A stretch of 64,000 nucleotides of DNA from a virus. The stretch lies in the IMG/VR virus record IMGVR_UViG_3300041583_000385, positions 22,323 to 86,322 of that record; one strand, written 5' to 3'. This document shows, piece after piece, positions 9,120-19,391 of the stretch. The position numbers and the translations under genes are program-made. Every line of letters begins with the position of its first letter. Within the stretch, counting starts at the first letter, position 1. The notes under the pieces were generated by a model. That model made no database searches, was not told where the DNA came from, and was given only the letters and a program-made list of their open reading frames with translations.

Positions 9120-9785
9120 ATGAATCCTATTAAAAAATATGATGAGTTTTTAATTCAAGAGAAATATGATAAAAATATTAAAGCTGAATTAAAGAGACTG
9201 GGTGTTACTAAGAAGGATATTAAAACACACTTATATCATGCACATAGAGGTAATCTTGGTAAATATTTAAATGAAAATGGTACAGTTTTCACATTTGGTA
9301 TGTTAAATGCCCTATTCAAAGATGCTCAAACAGCTAAGAAAAGATCAGCACTAAAAGTTGGTGTTGTTAAGATGATACATAGGGTTACCCCAATGGCCTT
9401 ATCTCCTTTCTTTCCAATAATAGCAATAGCTGGATTCTTATTCGGATCAACTAGAGCATTTAATAAGATTATGAAGCCAATATTAGAAGATCCTGGTAAT
9501 AACTATAATACTTTCTTAAATAAGGTTATAAAAAGTTCAATGAAGATAGCAGAGGGTGAGATAAATACTAAAGATAGATTTACTAGAGCATTTGTTGTTT
9601 CTGATAGATTAGTACAGGCTATACGTCCTGATGTATTACATCAGTTTTCAATAGAATTATCTGATAGGATGTCTAAAATGGATCCATCTATGGAAGTTCC
9701 AGAACATTATATAGAGAATGAATTAAAAATGTATCTAAATGATAAATTTGAAGTAAGTCCTAAGATACCATTAATGAAAGATTAA
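9120..9785 (+). CDS. N-tagged hypothetical protein with hydrophobic segment
   Basis: MNPIKKYDEFLIQE N-terminus; FFPIIAIAGFLFG segment. Confidence 0.75.
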   Translation: MNPIKKYDEFLIQEKYDKNIKAELKRLGVTKKDIKTHLYHAHRGNLGKYLNENGTVFTFGMLNALFKDAQTAKKRSALKVGVVKMIHRVTPMALSPFFPIIAIAGFLFGSTRAFNKIMKPILEDPGNNYNTFLNKVIKSSMKIAEGEINTKDRFTRAFVVSDRLVQAIRPDVLHQFSIELSDRMSKMDPSMEVPEHYIENELKMYLNDKFEVSPKIPLMKD

Positions 9786-9865
9786 AGGATATGAGAACAA
9801 TAATATTTTATTCTTGGCATATTATGTTATATAATATATCTGATATCCAAATTAAAAACTAAGTT

Positions 9866-10114
9866 ATGAAAAAATTTACAGATAAAATAAACGAGTCTAA
9901 AGAGGAATTTGATCCTAAGGAATTAGAAATGGGTATTAAGATAGAATCTGAACATGGTGATGTTTTTGATGATTTAAGAAAATGGGTGGATGATAACTTT
10001 ATCGAAGTTGGAATGCCCTGGTCGGAAAGAACATTTTATGAAAAAATAGCAAAAGCTCATCTTAGAGAAATTCCGGATTACTATACTAGACTTAATAAAA
10101 TGGAAAATGAATGA
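9866..10114 (+). CDS. N-tagged small protein (DUF5661-like)
   Basis: MKKFTDKINES; GIKIESEH...KIAKAHLREIPDYYTRL. Confidence 0.7.
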   Translation: MKKFTDKINESKEEFDPKELEMGIKIESEHGDVFDDLRKWVDDNFIEVGMPWSERTFYEKIAKAHLREIPDYYTRLNKMENE

Positions 10115-10908
10115 AGTATCTAAAATCATATAAAATTTTCGAATCAAATAAAGAAATTATTGTTTCTACTCTAAGAGATATATGCTTAGAATTAGAGGAT
10201 AATGGATTTCTATTTAATTTTAATAGTGAGTCTGATGATAATAAAATAGAATACGTTATACATAGATTAGACTATGAGAGGTTCAGATTTACAGATGATG
10301 TATCAGAAGTTTTAGATAGGATATACCAATATATGAGAGAATTGGGTTGGTATTCACATTTATATTATAATCTTGGTGGTGGTCTAGAAAAGAAATTCTA
10401 TATACGACCAGATGGTAGAATGAGAGATCAAAGTTTATCTTGGATTGATAAAAACTGGCCATCTGTTTTGAGTATATCATTTCATTGGTATAAAATTTAT
10501 GATGATAAAATAAAAGAATCAAATAACTGGGATATTAGTATTGAAGAATTTTATGGTGATGATGTTATAAATACTATGAAAAGTGATATTTCATTTATTA
10601 ATGATAAATTAATAGAGATTAACGATATGGGTTATCACACAAATTCTGATTTCACATCAATGACACATGCTAAAGCTTCTAAAACACCAGTTATATACAT
10701 ATATATTGAAAATAATGATTTTGAGGAATTCTACAAAGATAATGATAAAGAATTAATCGATTCTAATTTAGATGATATAACTAATTATATGAAGTCAAAT
10801 GGATATGAGGTTAAAGCAATTCATGATAATAGAGAAGTAAAACCAATACATCTTAGTTTTATTAAATCAAAAACATCTTACCAAATAAGTTTTATTAAAA
10901 TCTCCTAG
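10111..10908 (+). CDS. N-tagged two-domain paralog
   Basis: MKYLKSYKIFES; internal KIKES separates two similar domains. Confidence 0.75.
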   Translation: MKYLKSYKIFESNKEIIVSTLRDICLELEDNGFLFNFNSESDDNKIEYVIHRLDYERFRFTDDVSEVLDRIYQYMRELGWYSHLYYNLGGGLEKKFYIRPDGRMRDQSLSWIDKNWPSVLSISFHWYKIYDDKIKESNNWDISIEEFYGDDVINTMKSDISFINDKLIEINDMGYHTNSDFTSMTHAKASKTPVIYIYIENNDFEEFYKDNDKELIDSNLDDITNYMKSNGYEVKAIHDNREVKPIHLSFIKSKTSYQISFIKIS

Positions 10909-10953
10909 TTGTATATTAACGAGATCGAAAGATATCAGAACTCCATTTTAAAT

Positions 10954-10979
10954 AAACAAAGTTTTTATTTTACTATATA
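10954..10979 (+). promoter_or_regulatory. putative middle promoter AAAC-N18-TATA
   Basis: AAAC 10954-10957, TATA 10976-10979, upstream of topo B. Confidence 0.6.
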
Positions 10980-11002
10980 TAAACTAAATTCAAAGAAATT
11001 AA

Positions 11003-12847
11003 ATGTCAATAGATAAGAAATTTAGAAAATTAGATGATATAGACCACGTTATATTAAGACCTGGGATGTATATCGGTTCTATAAAACCACACACAGCTAG
11101 TAAGTGGTTAATTGAAGATGATAAAGCAATTCAAAAAGAAATAACATATAATCCTGGTTTCCTCAAAATATTTGATGAGATAATAACTAACTCTGTTGAT
11201 GAGAGTAAACGAAAAGGATCTAAGCTTAATATAATTAAAGTAACAATAGATAGAAGTAAGAATTTAATATCTATTTGGGATAATGGTGGTATACCAGTTG
11301 TTAAACACGAAGAACATAAAGAATGGATACCAGAAATGGTTTTCTCAAATCTTAAAGCCGGTGCCAACTTCAATGATGAGGAAGAAAGATCTTGGGCAGG
11401 GACTAATGGTGTTGGATCGACACTAACAAACATATACTCAAATAAATTTACTGTGGAAACTTGTGATGGTAAAAACCAATTTACACAAACATTCAGTAAT
11501 AATATGAGAGATAGAACAACTGCTAAAGTTAAAAAGGCAACTAGAAGTCATACTACAATAACATTCGAACCTGATTTTGAAAAATTTGGAATGGATGGTT
11601 TAGATGAATCTCATTATAAAATGATTGAGAAAAGAGTATATGATTTAGCCGCTTGTAATACTGGTATAAAGATTTACTTTAATGGGTCTGTTATTAATTT
11701 CAAATCATTTGAAGATTATATAAAATTGTATGTTGAAGACTTCTTCTTTGAGACTAAGAAAGGTAATAGTTGGTCTGTTGGTGTTGCTTTATCAGAAAAT
11801 GGATTTCAACAAGTTAGTTTTGCTAACTCAACTGAGACCTATGACGGTGGAACACACGTTGATTATATAATGAATCAGATAATAGTAGATCTTCGAGAAT
11901 ACTTCTTAAAAAAACACAAAACAGATGTTAAACCATCTGAGTTAAGAAACCATATGTTCCTATTCTTAGACTCTACTGTTATTAACCCATCATTTTCATC
12001 ACAAACAAAGGAGAAATTAATTACAGAAATTAAGGATTTTGGTACTTCTTTTGAAATTAGCAAGAAGATGGTACAATCTATATTAAAATCTGAGATAGTT
12101 AACTCTATACTAGATTGGATTGAGCAAAAGAAAAATGCTGATGAGAATAAATTACAAAGAAATCTAAATAAAAAGTTATCTAAAATAAAGGTTGAAAAAC
12201 TTATTGATGCTAAGGGTAAAGATAGGTGGAAATACTCACTAGGATTATTTGAGGGTGATTCTGCGGCTGGTGCATTTAGAAAATATAGAGATTCTCAATC
12301 AATGGGAGCATTTGCTCTTAAAGGTAAGTTTATAAATGTTTCAGATATATCAAGTAGTAAACTTGTACAAAACACAGAAGCAGTTAACTTAATGGCCTCT
12401 ATTGGGTTGAAGTTGGGACATGATATTGAACTTAAATCACTTAGATATGGTAGAGTTCTTCTATATGTTGATGCTGATGTTGATGGTAACGCAATTGCCG
12501 CACTTTTAATAAACTTCTTTTATAAATATTGGCCAGATATGTTCGAAAGACGAATGTTATATAAGGTTGAAACACCAATTGTGGTTGCTATACCAAGATT
12601 GAAGTCACAAAAAAAGATATTATTCTATAATCAAACTGAGTATAATGAATGGGAATCTAAAAACGACCTAAAGAAATATGAGATAAAGTATAAGAAGGGT
12701 TTAGCCGCTCTTGTTGATGATGAATATGAGGATATTATCAATAATCCTAGACTAACACTCATAACCAAAGATGATGTTTCGGGAGATTCTCTTAATATTT
12801 GGTTTGGTAAAAGTTCCGCATTAAGAAAAACTGAGTTATTAAAGTAA
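11003..12847 (+). CDS. DNA topoisomerase II subunit B (T4 gp39+60-like)
   Basis: RPGMYIGS, EIITNSVD, DNGGIP, GTNGVG, EGDSA, DADVDG, KKGL. Confidence 0.95.
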   Translation: MSIDKKFRKLDDIDHVILRPGMYIGSIKPHTASKWLIEDDKAIQKEITYNPGFLKIFDEIITNSVDESKRKGSKLNIIKVTIDRSKNLISIWDNGGIPVVKHEEHKEWIPEMVFSNLKAGANFNDEEERSWAGTNGVGSTLTNIYSNKFTVETCDGKNQFTQTFSNNMRDRTTAKVKKATRSHTTITFEPDFEKFGMDGLDESHYKMIEKRVYDLAACNTGIKIYFNGSVINFKSFEDYIKLYVEDFFFETKKGNSWSVGVALSENGFQQVSFANSTETYDGGTHVDYIMNQIIVDLREYFLKKHKTDVKPSELRNHMFLFLDSTVINPSFSSQTKEKLITEIKDFGTSFEISKKMVQSILKSEIVNSILDWIEQKKNADENKLQRNLNKKLSKIKVEKLIDAKGKDRWKYSLGLFEGDSAAGAFRKYRDSQSMGAFALKGKFINVSDISSSKLVQNTEAVNLMASIGLKLGHDIELKSLRYGRVLLYVDADVDGNAIAALLINFFYKYWPDMFERRMLYKVETPIVVAIPRLKSQKKILFYNQTEYNEWESKNDLKKYEIKYKKGLAALVDDEYEDIINNPRLTLITKDDVSGDSLNIWFGKSSALRKTELLK

Positions 12848-12866
12848 TTTTCCGTATATTTGCCAC

Positions 12867-13193
12867 ATGAGAACACGTGCCTGGCGCCGATATAAAGAGG
12901 AAACTATTGTTATTCGTAGGATAAAACGAATGGTTTCTTATGAGCTATCCTGGTGGGGTTTTCATGATGTTAATGATATTAAACATAAATACCCAACATT
13001 AACTGACTATATCGGAACAAAAACACACTTTCAATTTAAAAGTCACACAACTGATAGATATGATACAAGACACAAGGTTAAGTATTCAACTAACAAAGGT
13101 AAGTGTTATTGGAGAGATAATAATAAAAAAGGTACAAGGGAAAGAGCTAAGAAAGAATTTCTTAAAATGTTAAAAGAATATGGAATTAAATGA
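12867..13193 (+). CDS. basic hypothetical protein
   Basis: 108 aa, Arg/Lys-rich; TATATTTG 4 nt upstream of the ATG. Confidence 0.7.
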   Translation: MRTRAWRRYKEETIVIRRIKRMVSYELSWWGFHDVNDIKHKYPTLTDYIGTKTHFQFKSHTTDRYDTRHKVKYSTNKGKCYWRDNNKKGTRERAKKEFLKMLKEYGIK

Positions 13194-13725
13194 TATAATA
13201 CCACTAAAATTTATACCAACCATTGGTTGTGAATGGGTGGTTAAGAATAAATTCTTAATGTATAAACATTACGATCATATACCAGTTGCTTTTATAGAAA
13301 ATGATATTGTTTATGTGTTTCTTGATAATAAAATATCCAGACAAATATTAAAATTAACTAAATGGTTGATAAAAGGTGGTATTGAATTCTATTTTACAAG
13401 CCCACTTTTATCCAATCCAAAAGGTATATTTGAAGAAGATATACACAGTACCGTAATAAAACATTACTTATATTCCTATATACAAAAACCATTTTTCGAA
13501 GGATTTAAAAAAATAGAATTTGATATAATTGATAATATGGTTAAGTGGTGTATCAAAGAGAAGTGTATTGAGTTAATAAAAGATTGTTATGATCAAATAT
13601 TGATAAAGGTTAATAGATCTGAATATGATTACTGGTCTAATAAATCATCCTTTGAATATAAAGGTGAAATAAGAGAAGATTATAAGACACTTTATAGAGA
13701 TATACAAATTAATATTATTCTGTAA
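13180..13725 (+). CDS. hypothetical protein with C-terminal tag (RDIQINIIL)
   Basis: 181 aa ORF. Confidence 0.7.
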   Translation: MELNDIIPLKFIPTIGCEWVVKNKFLMYKHYDHIPVAFIENDIVYVFLDNKISRQILKLTKWLIKGGIEFYFTSPLLSNPKGIFEEDIHSTVIKHYLYSYIQKPFFEGFKKIEFDIIDNMVKWCIKEKCIELIKDCYDQILIKVNRSEYDYWSNKSSFEYKGEIREDYKTLYRDIQINIIL

Positions 13726-13749
13726 TTCGACTTCATAATATTAATATAT

Positions 13750-15330
13750 ATGAAGATGAATAATGTTTACAACTACAATCAGTTTCTAACTGAAGCAACC
13801 CTTGATGATTCTAAGACATCAGTTGATTACCAACTATCGAGAAATGGTAGATCAAAGGTTATGAAATTTTCCACATCACCAAATATTGATTCAACTACTA
13901 TAAAGTTTGAGTTTTCTGATGAAACTCCTGGTGATGATGAAGAAATACTTTGGATTAAATCATCATCATTTAGTAAAATGAAATTATCAGAGTTGAAGAC
14001 TAAGTTAAGTATTTCAACAAGAGACCAATTAATGGTTTATAAAGTAGTATCAGATGATTTTGATTTTAATTGGGCCGTTGCTAAAAAGGGTATTAATAGT
14101 AATATGGTAAGGCAAATGAATAGAAGTGGTGGTTCCAAAAGAGGTGATTATTTCAGAGAAACAGCATTTATAATTATGTTATCAATTCAAACTTGGAAAG
14201 AAAAACAAATAGAATTAGATATACATTCCAATAGGGGTAAGATACTTATGGATTATAGTGGTGAAGATGCTACTATGTCAATTGATAACCCAAGTGATTT
14301 TAATAAAATGTATGAGGATTTTATTACTGACCCTACTAAGAAGTTGGTTATAGAGAACATGGAAAAACATTGTAAATTATTAATAAACTATTTGGGTGAA
14401 AATATTTCAAAAGTATCTTATGTTATTAAAAACCATAAAGATATGTTGATAAATATGATGGCTACTTCATATTTAAAGGATGAGATTTCTACTAGAAAAG
14501 GTATTGAAAAAGAAGGTGGTGCTGACTTATCAGAATATGGATTCTACAACATGCCGGAATTTACAAATATAGCTAAATGGAACCCAAGTGATATTTGGAT
14601 AGTATTTGATGAGGATACATTAGATGATAGTGGATTTTATGATAAAAATGAAATTGATTCAATAGATGATTTAAATGATTATTTATATAAGTCAATGGCT
14701 AATAGATATGGTATTGTTGGTGTTTCATTAAAGCAATCTAAAAATACACCTAGGTTATATGATATAAATTCAGATAATAGGAAAATTATAAACAAGTATA
14801 ACGATTTTGATGTTAAGGGATCATCACCAACAAACACAAACGGTAGAAAAACAGCCAAGATAGACTTCTCATTTAAAGGTAGTAAAGGATGGCAAAAAGG
14901 ATCTGGTATTGATATAAGAACTTTCGATTCTAGTAATAAATCATCTATTCAAATAGAAGTTAAAGGTACTCCTGGGTCTGGTTATGTTAGTGGTAAGGCT
15001 GGTTCTATGATAAATCATTTATTACCAGATGATCTTAGAGAAAAGAAAGAAATTATAAGGAAAGGTGTTGATAAGGAAGAAATAAGAAAATCTTTAGAAA
15101 AAGAAGGTGGTATAACTATAAATAATAAAAAGCTTAAACTAATATTTAATGAAGATATCTCAGGAGATGGTTTGTTATTAAACAATGAAAACTCAAGGTT
15201 ACAATCTATAATATTCATTGATTGGTTACTTTCATTATCTACTAATAATAGAAATTCTGCTATAAGTGAGATTGTTAAATTTGCTAAATCCGAATCTGTT
15301 TGGTCGGCTCCACACTTAGTTCTTAAATAA
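13750..15330 (+). CDS. N-tagged protein with possible PD-(D/E)xK nuclease-like core
   Basis: YNQFLTEA N-terminus; E...KWNPSDIW...GVSLK spacing resembles a restriction-endonuclease-like motif; TAATATATA upstream. Confidence 0.6.
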   Translation: MKMNNVYNYNQFLTEATLDDSKTSVDYQLSRNGRSKVMKFSTSPNIDSTTIKFEFSDETPGDDEEILWIKSSSFSKMKLSELKTKLSISTRDQLMVYKVVSDDFDFNWAVAKKGINSNMVRQMNRSGGSKRGDYFRETAFIIMLSIQTWKEKQIELDIHSNRGKILMDYSGEDATMSIDNPSDFNKMYEDFITDPTKKLVIENMEKHCKLLINYLGENISKVSYVIKNHKDMLINMMATSYLKDEISTRKGIEKEGGADLSEYGFYNMPEFTNIAKWNPSDIWIVFDEDTLDDSGFYDKNEIDSIDDLNDYLYKSMANRYGIVGVSLKQSKNTPRLYDINSDNRKIINKYNDFDVKGSSPTNTNGRKTAKIDFSFKGSKGWQKGSGIDIRTFDSSNKSSIQIEVKGTPGSGYVSGKAGSMINHLLPDDLREKKEIIRKGVDKEEIRKSLEKEGGITINNKKLKLIFNEDISGDGLLLNNENSRLQSIIFIDWLLSLSTNNRNSAISEIVKFAKSESVWSAPHLVLK

Positions 15331-15361
15331 AACTTTTAATAAAGCAAGCCATATAATTCTT

Positions 15362-15730
15362 ATGGGATTTATAAATTTAAACGGTCAACAAGTACACACA
15401 TCTGTTATAAATAGTGGAACTTCCTCAACAATAACCAATTCAAGTGGTAGTCTATATACAACCACAACAACTAATAATACATTTATATATTCACAAAAAG
15501 CTAAATATTTTATTTTAGGTGAGGAATTTGAAATTGAGGGATATCAAGACCCAACAATTGCTATGATGATAGCATGTATCAATATAATGGGTAAGCCATT
15601 TTATGATGATTTAGTTAAACAACAAGTTAATATACCAGAGGAAATAGATGAATTCATAAAAAAGAAATTCATAATACTAGAGAGGGACAAGAAAATCGAA
15701 GAGATTATCACGACTAGAAATCAAACTTAA
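15362..15730 (+). CDS. hypothetical protein, S/T-rich N-terminus, C-terminal tag (RDKKIEEII)
   Basis: 122 aa; AAAC-N18-TATA upstream (15330-15355). Confidence 0.7.
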   Translation: MGFINLNGQQVHTSVINSGTSSTITNSSGSLYTTTTTNNTFIYSQKAKYFILGEEFEIEGYQDPTIAMMIACINIMGKPFYDDLVKQQVNIPEEIDEFIKKKFIILERDKKIEEIITTRNQT

Positions 15731-15769
15731 TTCACATTCTACTATATAAATTCTAAATAAAAGAATTTT

Positions 15770-16750
15770 ATGAATTGCGATTTAATAATTGATGGAAATT
15801 ACATTCTTAGTCGTTTGGTTTTTACTTTACACAAAAATAATTTACTTTACGGGGCGTTACACAAAGCATTAGAAAACTCTATGCTTAAATATAAAAAATG
15901 GTACCCATTTGCTAATATTTACTTAGTATCTGATTCCAAAGAGAAATCCTGGAGAAAGAAATATATAAATGAGTATAAAGGTACTCGAAAGAAAAATACT
16001 GATATTGATTGGAAGTTTGTTTATGAAGCTTATGGTGAGTTCAAGGAGTCTATGGTTGGTACTATGGAAGTGCTTGAAGCACCACATATAGAAGGTGATG
16101 ATTGGATAGCATATTTGTGTGAAAAGGCTAATGGTGAAGGAAGATCAACACTTATAGTATCAAATGATTATGATATTAAACAAATAGTTAAGCATAGCTT
16201 TGATCCACTTTGGATTAATATGATGACTAATGAAATGTATAATAAGGAAAAGTTATTTCTACCAAAGAACTATCAAAGCTTTATTAACAAAGTGCAAAAG
16301 ATACCAAATGATGATATCTTTAATATAAATGATAATACTGAATTTTTGAGATTCTTAAATGGGTTTATCAAAAAGTATGAAGTTATTGAGATAGATTATA
16401 TGGAATCATTAATGGTTAAGATTATATCTGGTGATAAGTCCGATAATATAGGATCTGTTTGGTCTGTTACTAAAAATGGTAGAAAAAGGGGTATTGGATC
16501 TAAAGGTGCTCAAACTATTTATGATGAATATTTGGTTGAATTTGGGGAAATGAGTTTTGATGATCCAGACTTAAATGAAAATATAGCTGATTTAATTTGT
16601 GAAAAAAAGAAATTAAGTAAAAGTAATATAGAAGTGATTGTGGAAAATATAGAATCTAACTTTAGGTTAATAGATCTGAGATTATCTAGTCTACCGGTAG
16701 AAGTGGTTAATAAAATGAAAACAACACATGGACAAAAACAAAGCAATTAA
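15770..16750 (+). CDS. rnh: T4 RNase H-like 5'-3' exonuclease / flap endonuclease
   Basis: IIDGNY, SWRK...YKGTRK, EGDD, SNDYD, GDKSDNI, GIGSK. Confidence 0.9.
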   Translation: MNCDLIIDGNYILSRLVFTLHKNNLLYGALHKALENSMLKYKKWYPFANIYLVSDSKEKSWRKKYINEYKGTRKKNTDIDWKFVYEAYGEFKESMVGTMEVLEAPHIEGDDWIAYLCEKANGEGRSTLIVSNDYDIKQIVKHSFDPLWINMMTNEMYNKEKLFLPKNYQSFINKVQKIPNDDIFNINDNTEFLRFLNGFIKKYEVIEIDYMESLMVKIISGDKSDNIGSVWSVTKNGRKRGIGSKGAQTIYDEYLVEFGEMSFDDPDLNENIADLICEKKKLSKSNIEVIVENIESNFRLIDLRLSSLPVEVVNKMKTTHGQKQSN

Positions 16751-17117
16751 GAAGTGGACTCCTACTCCTATAATGGAGAACTTAGGTATTATGAATAAGC
16801 ATTTGTCAGATACAATGTGTTTGTTTTGTGAGGATTATATTAGTAATAATCCTGATAGTCAAGATTTACCAGAAAGGGTAAATCAACTCTTGCTTAAATT
16901 ACAAAATACTGAAAAGAGTGAGATTAAAAGAACATTATATAATCCAATAACTGGTGAAATTGAATATGAATTAGAGAATGGGTTTATTATAACAGAAAAG
17001 AATAAATTTAAAAGAGAACCAACAACTGATGAATTAATATACTTATTTGGGGTTGATTTTGTTAGAGAGTTAAATCCACAAATGTGGAGAGAATATTCAT
17101 TAAATAAAATATTATAA
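16728..17117 (+). CDS. hypothetical protein with C-terminal tag (REYSLNKIL)
   Basis: N-terminus KKWTPTPIMENLGI recalls the KKWxPxLE motif of T4-like major capsid proteins. Confidence 0.65.
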   Translation: MDKNKAIKKWTPTPIMENLGIMNKHLSDTMCLFCEDYISNNPDSQDLPERVNQLLLKLQNTEKSEIKRTLYNPITGEIEYELENGFIITEKNKFKREPTTDELIYLFGVDFVRELNPQMWREYSLNKIL

Positions 17118-17507
17118 ATGGCAGAATTAATTGATGTTGCTAATGCAATGTTTAGAAATAAAAGTGAGTGGGTGAAGATAAGTGATGAGGATAAAGAGAA
17201 AAACTTCTTTATATTCAATCGATACTTTTCTAAAAAGTTTCCAGATAAATCACAACTTCTTAACTCTAAGTTAATAGATAAAGTATCTTCTATGGACTTA
17301 TGGTATTATTTTATGTTAAATAAATCATACCCTAATTGGTTTTGGTCTAAAAGTGCTAAAGAGAAGCCAATTATACCAAATAAAGATTTTAAATTACTTT
17401 TGACGAAGTTAAAGGTTAAAGATTTAGACTTACATTACTTAATTGAAAATCATTTTGATTTTATAAAAGAAGAGCTTTTATATTATAAAAAACTTATGAA
17501 GTTATAA
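17118..17507 (+). CDS. hypothetical protein (possibly clamp-loader small subunit gp62-like)
   Basis: FFIFNRYFS...WFWSK pattern and replication-gene context; weak. Confidence 0.45.
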   Translation: MAELIDVANAMFRNKSEWVKISDEDKEKNFFIFNRYFSKKFPDKSQLLNSKLIDKVSSMDLWYYFMLNKSYPNWFWSKSAKEKPIIPNKDFKLLLTKLKVKDLDLHYLIENHFDFIKEELLYYKKLMKL

Positions 17508-17553
17508 TTTATAAAAGAGGAGTTTAATTTTAATATATAAAATAAAATTCTTC

Positions 17554-18289
17554 ATGGTAGTTTGTGTAAAATGTCTTTTTGATAAAGAAGAATCGGAATT
17601 TAGTAAAAAATCTAATATTTGTAAAAAATGTAAAAGAAAAGAAGCTTATGATAGATTTAGGATAAATAATCCGGACAAGATGAAAAAATATCATAAGAAA
17701 TATTATGAAAATAACAAAGAAGATATTATAAAAATTAATACCAATTACTATCAAAATAACAAAGAAGAAAGATTATTAAAGAAGAAAGATTACTATCAAA
17801 ATAACAAAGAAGTGATTTTATCAAAGAAGAAAGATTACTATCAAGTAAGTAAAGAAAGTAAGAAATTATATAATAGTAAGTATTATGAAAATAACAAAGA
17901 AGATATTATAAAATCTAATGTTAAATATAAAAGAATGAGATTGGAAAATGATGAAATGTATAAATTAACTCATTATATGAGGGGTTTGATTATGTCTGGG
18001 TTCACAAGAAAGAATATTAAAAAGGATATTAAAACAGAAAACATTTTATGTTGTTCATTTGAAGAATTTAAATTGTATCTGGAATATAAATTTGAAGAAT
18101 GGATGAATTGGGATAATAGGGGGGTTATATAATGGTGAGTTAAACCATGGATGGGATGTTGATCACATAATCCCTCTATCAACAGCAAAGACAGAGGAAG
18201 ATATAATAAGGTTAAATCACTATACAAACTTACAACCTTTATGTAGTAAAGTTAATAGGTATATTAAGAAGAATAAATTAATAAATTAA
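17554..18289 (+). mobile_element. HNH-type homing endonuclease, frameshifted in G run 18119-18124
   Basis: CxxC..CxxC, YYxNNKE repeats, WMNWDN; next frame WDVDHIIP...HYTNLQPLC to TAA 18289. Confidence 0.8.
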
Positions 18290-18291
18290 TT

Positions 18292-18843
18292 ATGAAAATG
18301 AAAACAAGAGAAATACAAGACACAACAACAATGAAATGGTATACTATTAGAACACAATCTAATAGAGAGAAAAGCGTTTCTGAGAAAATAAAAAAAGAAC
18401 CTGAATTGAAAAGTTCAGTTGGTGAAGTAATTGTTCCATTAGAACAAGTTTACAATCTTAAAAATGGTAAAAAGGTAGTAAGAGACAAAATAATGTTCCC
18501 TGGTTATATCTTTGTAGAGGCTAGTTCTATTGGTGAGTTGAAATATTTCCTAAGAGGGTGTGATGGAGCTACTGGATTCTTAACAGAGAGAGATGGTAGT
18601 ATTAAACCTATGAAAGAAAAGGAAATTAATAGAATTATAGGTCAGCAAGAAGAACAAAAGGACCTTGATATCAGTGATTTGTTTATTGTTGGGGAAGATA
18701 TAACTATAACTGATGGTCCATTTGATACAATGGTTGGTACTATTGAGAGTATTAATGGTGATAAAGTTAAAGTTAACGTTTCTATTTTTGGTAGAAAAAC
18801 TCCATTAGACCTTAGTATAATGCAAATAAATAAAAAGAACTAA
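18292..18843 (+). CDS. nusG: transcription factor NusG
   Basis: WYTIRTQSNRE, MFPGYIFV, KOW motif ITDGPF...G, VSIFGRKTP. Confidence 0.95.
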   Translation: MKMKTREIQDTTTMKWYTIRTQSNREKSVSEKIKKEPELKSSVGEVIVPLEQVYNLKNGKKVVRDKIMFPGYIFVEASSIGELKYFLRGCDGATGFLTERDGSIKPMKEKEINRIIGQQEEQKDLDISDLFIVGEDITITDGPFDTMVGTIESINGDKVKVNVSIFGRKTPLDLSIMQINKKN

Positions 18844-18849
18844 AACTTT

Positions 18850-19038
18850 TTGAATAAGGATTTAATAGATAAAATATTAGATGCTTCTAATAAAATACAC
18901 AAAGCATCATTAAGAAGTCAGTCTAATTATATCATAACTAGTCAGGTTTTTAATGATGCTTTGAATAATATATTTAATAAGAAATCTGATAGGATAAATA
19001 AAATCAATTACGATAGAATCATTTATCATAGATGTTAA
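18850..19038 (+). CDS. small protein resembling a major-capsid fragment, with C-tag-like DRINKIN
   Basis: ILDASNKIHKASLRSQSNYIITS resembles the gp23 I...RG.GNFIIAS segment. Confidence 0.5.
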   Translation: MNKDLIDKILDASNKIHKASLRSQSNYIITSQVFNDALNNIFNKKSDRINKINYDRIIYHRC

Positions 19039-19244
19039 ATCAAGAGTACCATATACACAACAATTACAAATGGAATCCATCATAAGAGATAATATAACTA
19101 ACATTCGATCAAAGAATGATTTTATCCCTGACTCTATTAACGATAAACTAAATTCACTATGAAGAATGACTAGAGATATAACCAAAGATCTATATAATAC
19201 AATGATGGCTATGAATAGAATGAGAAAAATTAAAAATATATTTA

Positions 19245-19391
19245 ATGAGAGCTAAGTGGGAATTAATGAAGGAATTAATGAAGACTGGTGAACAGTATAT
19301 TAGTACAGATTGGGCTATAAAAAATATATTAAATATATCAAAGTAAGAATTCAGAAAAGAGAAAATTAAAAGAATATTTGATGGAGAGTAA
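19245..19391 (+). pseudogene. small C-tagged ORF with an in-frame TAA
   Basis: MRAKWELMK...STDWAIKNILNISK*EFRKEKIKRIFDGE*. Confidence 0.45.

Noticed and set aside
17700-17910. Repeats TATTATGAAAATAACAAAGAAG / TTACTATCAAAATAACAAAGAAG as iterons
   Set aside because: In-frame YYxNNKE coding repeats of the HNH endonuclease helix
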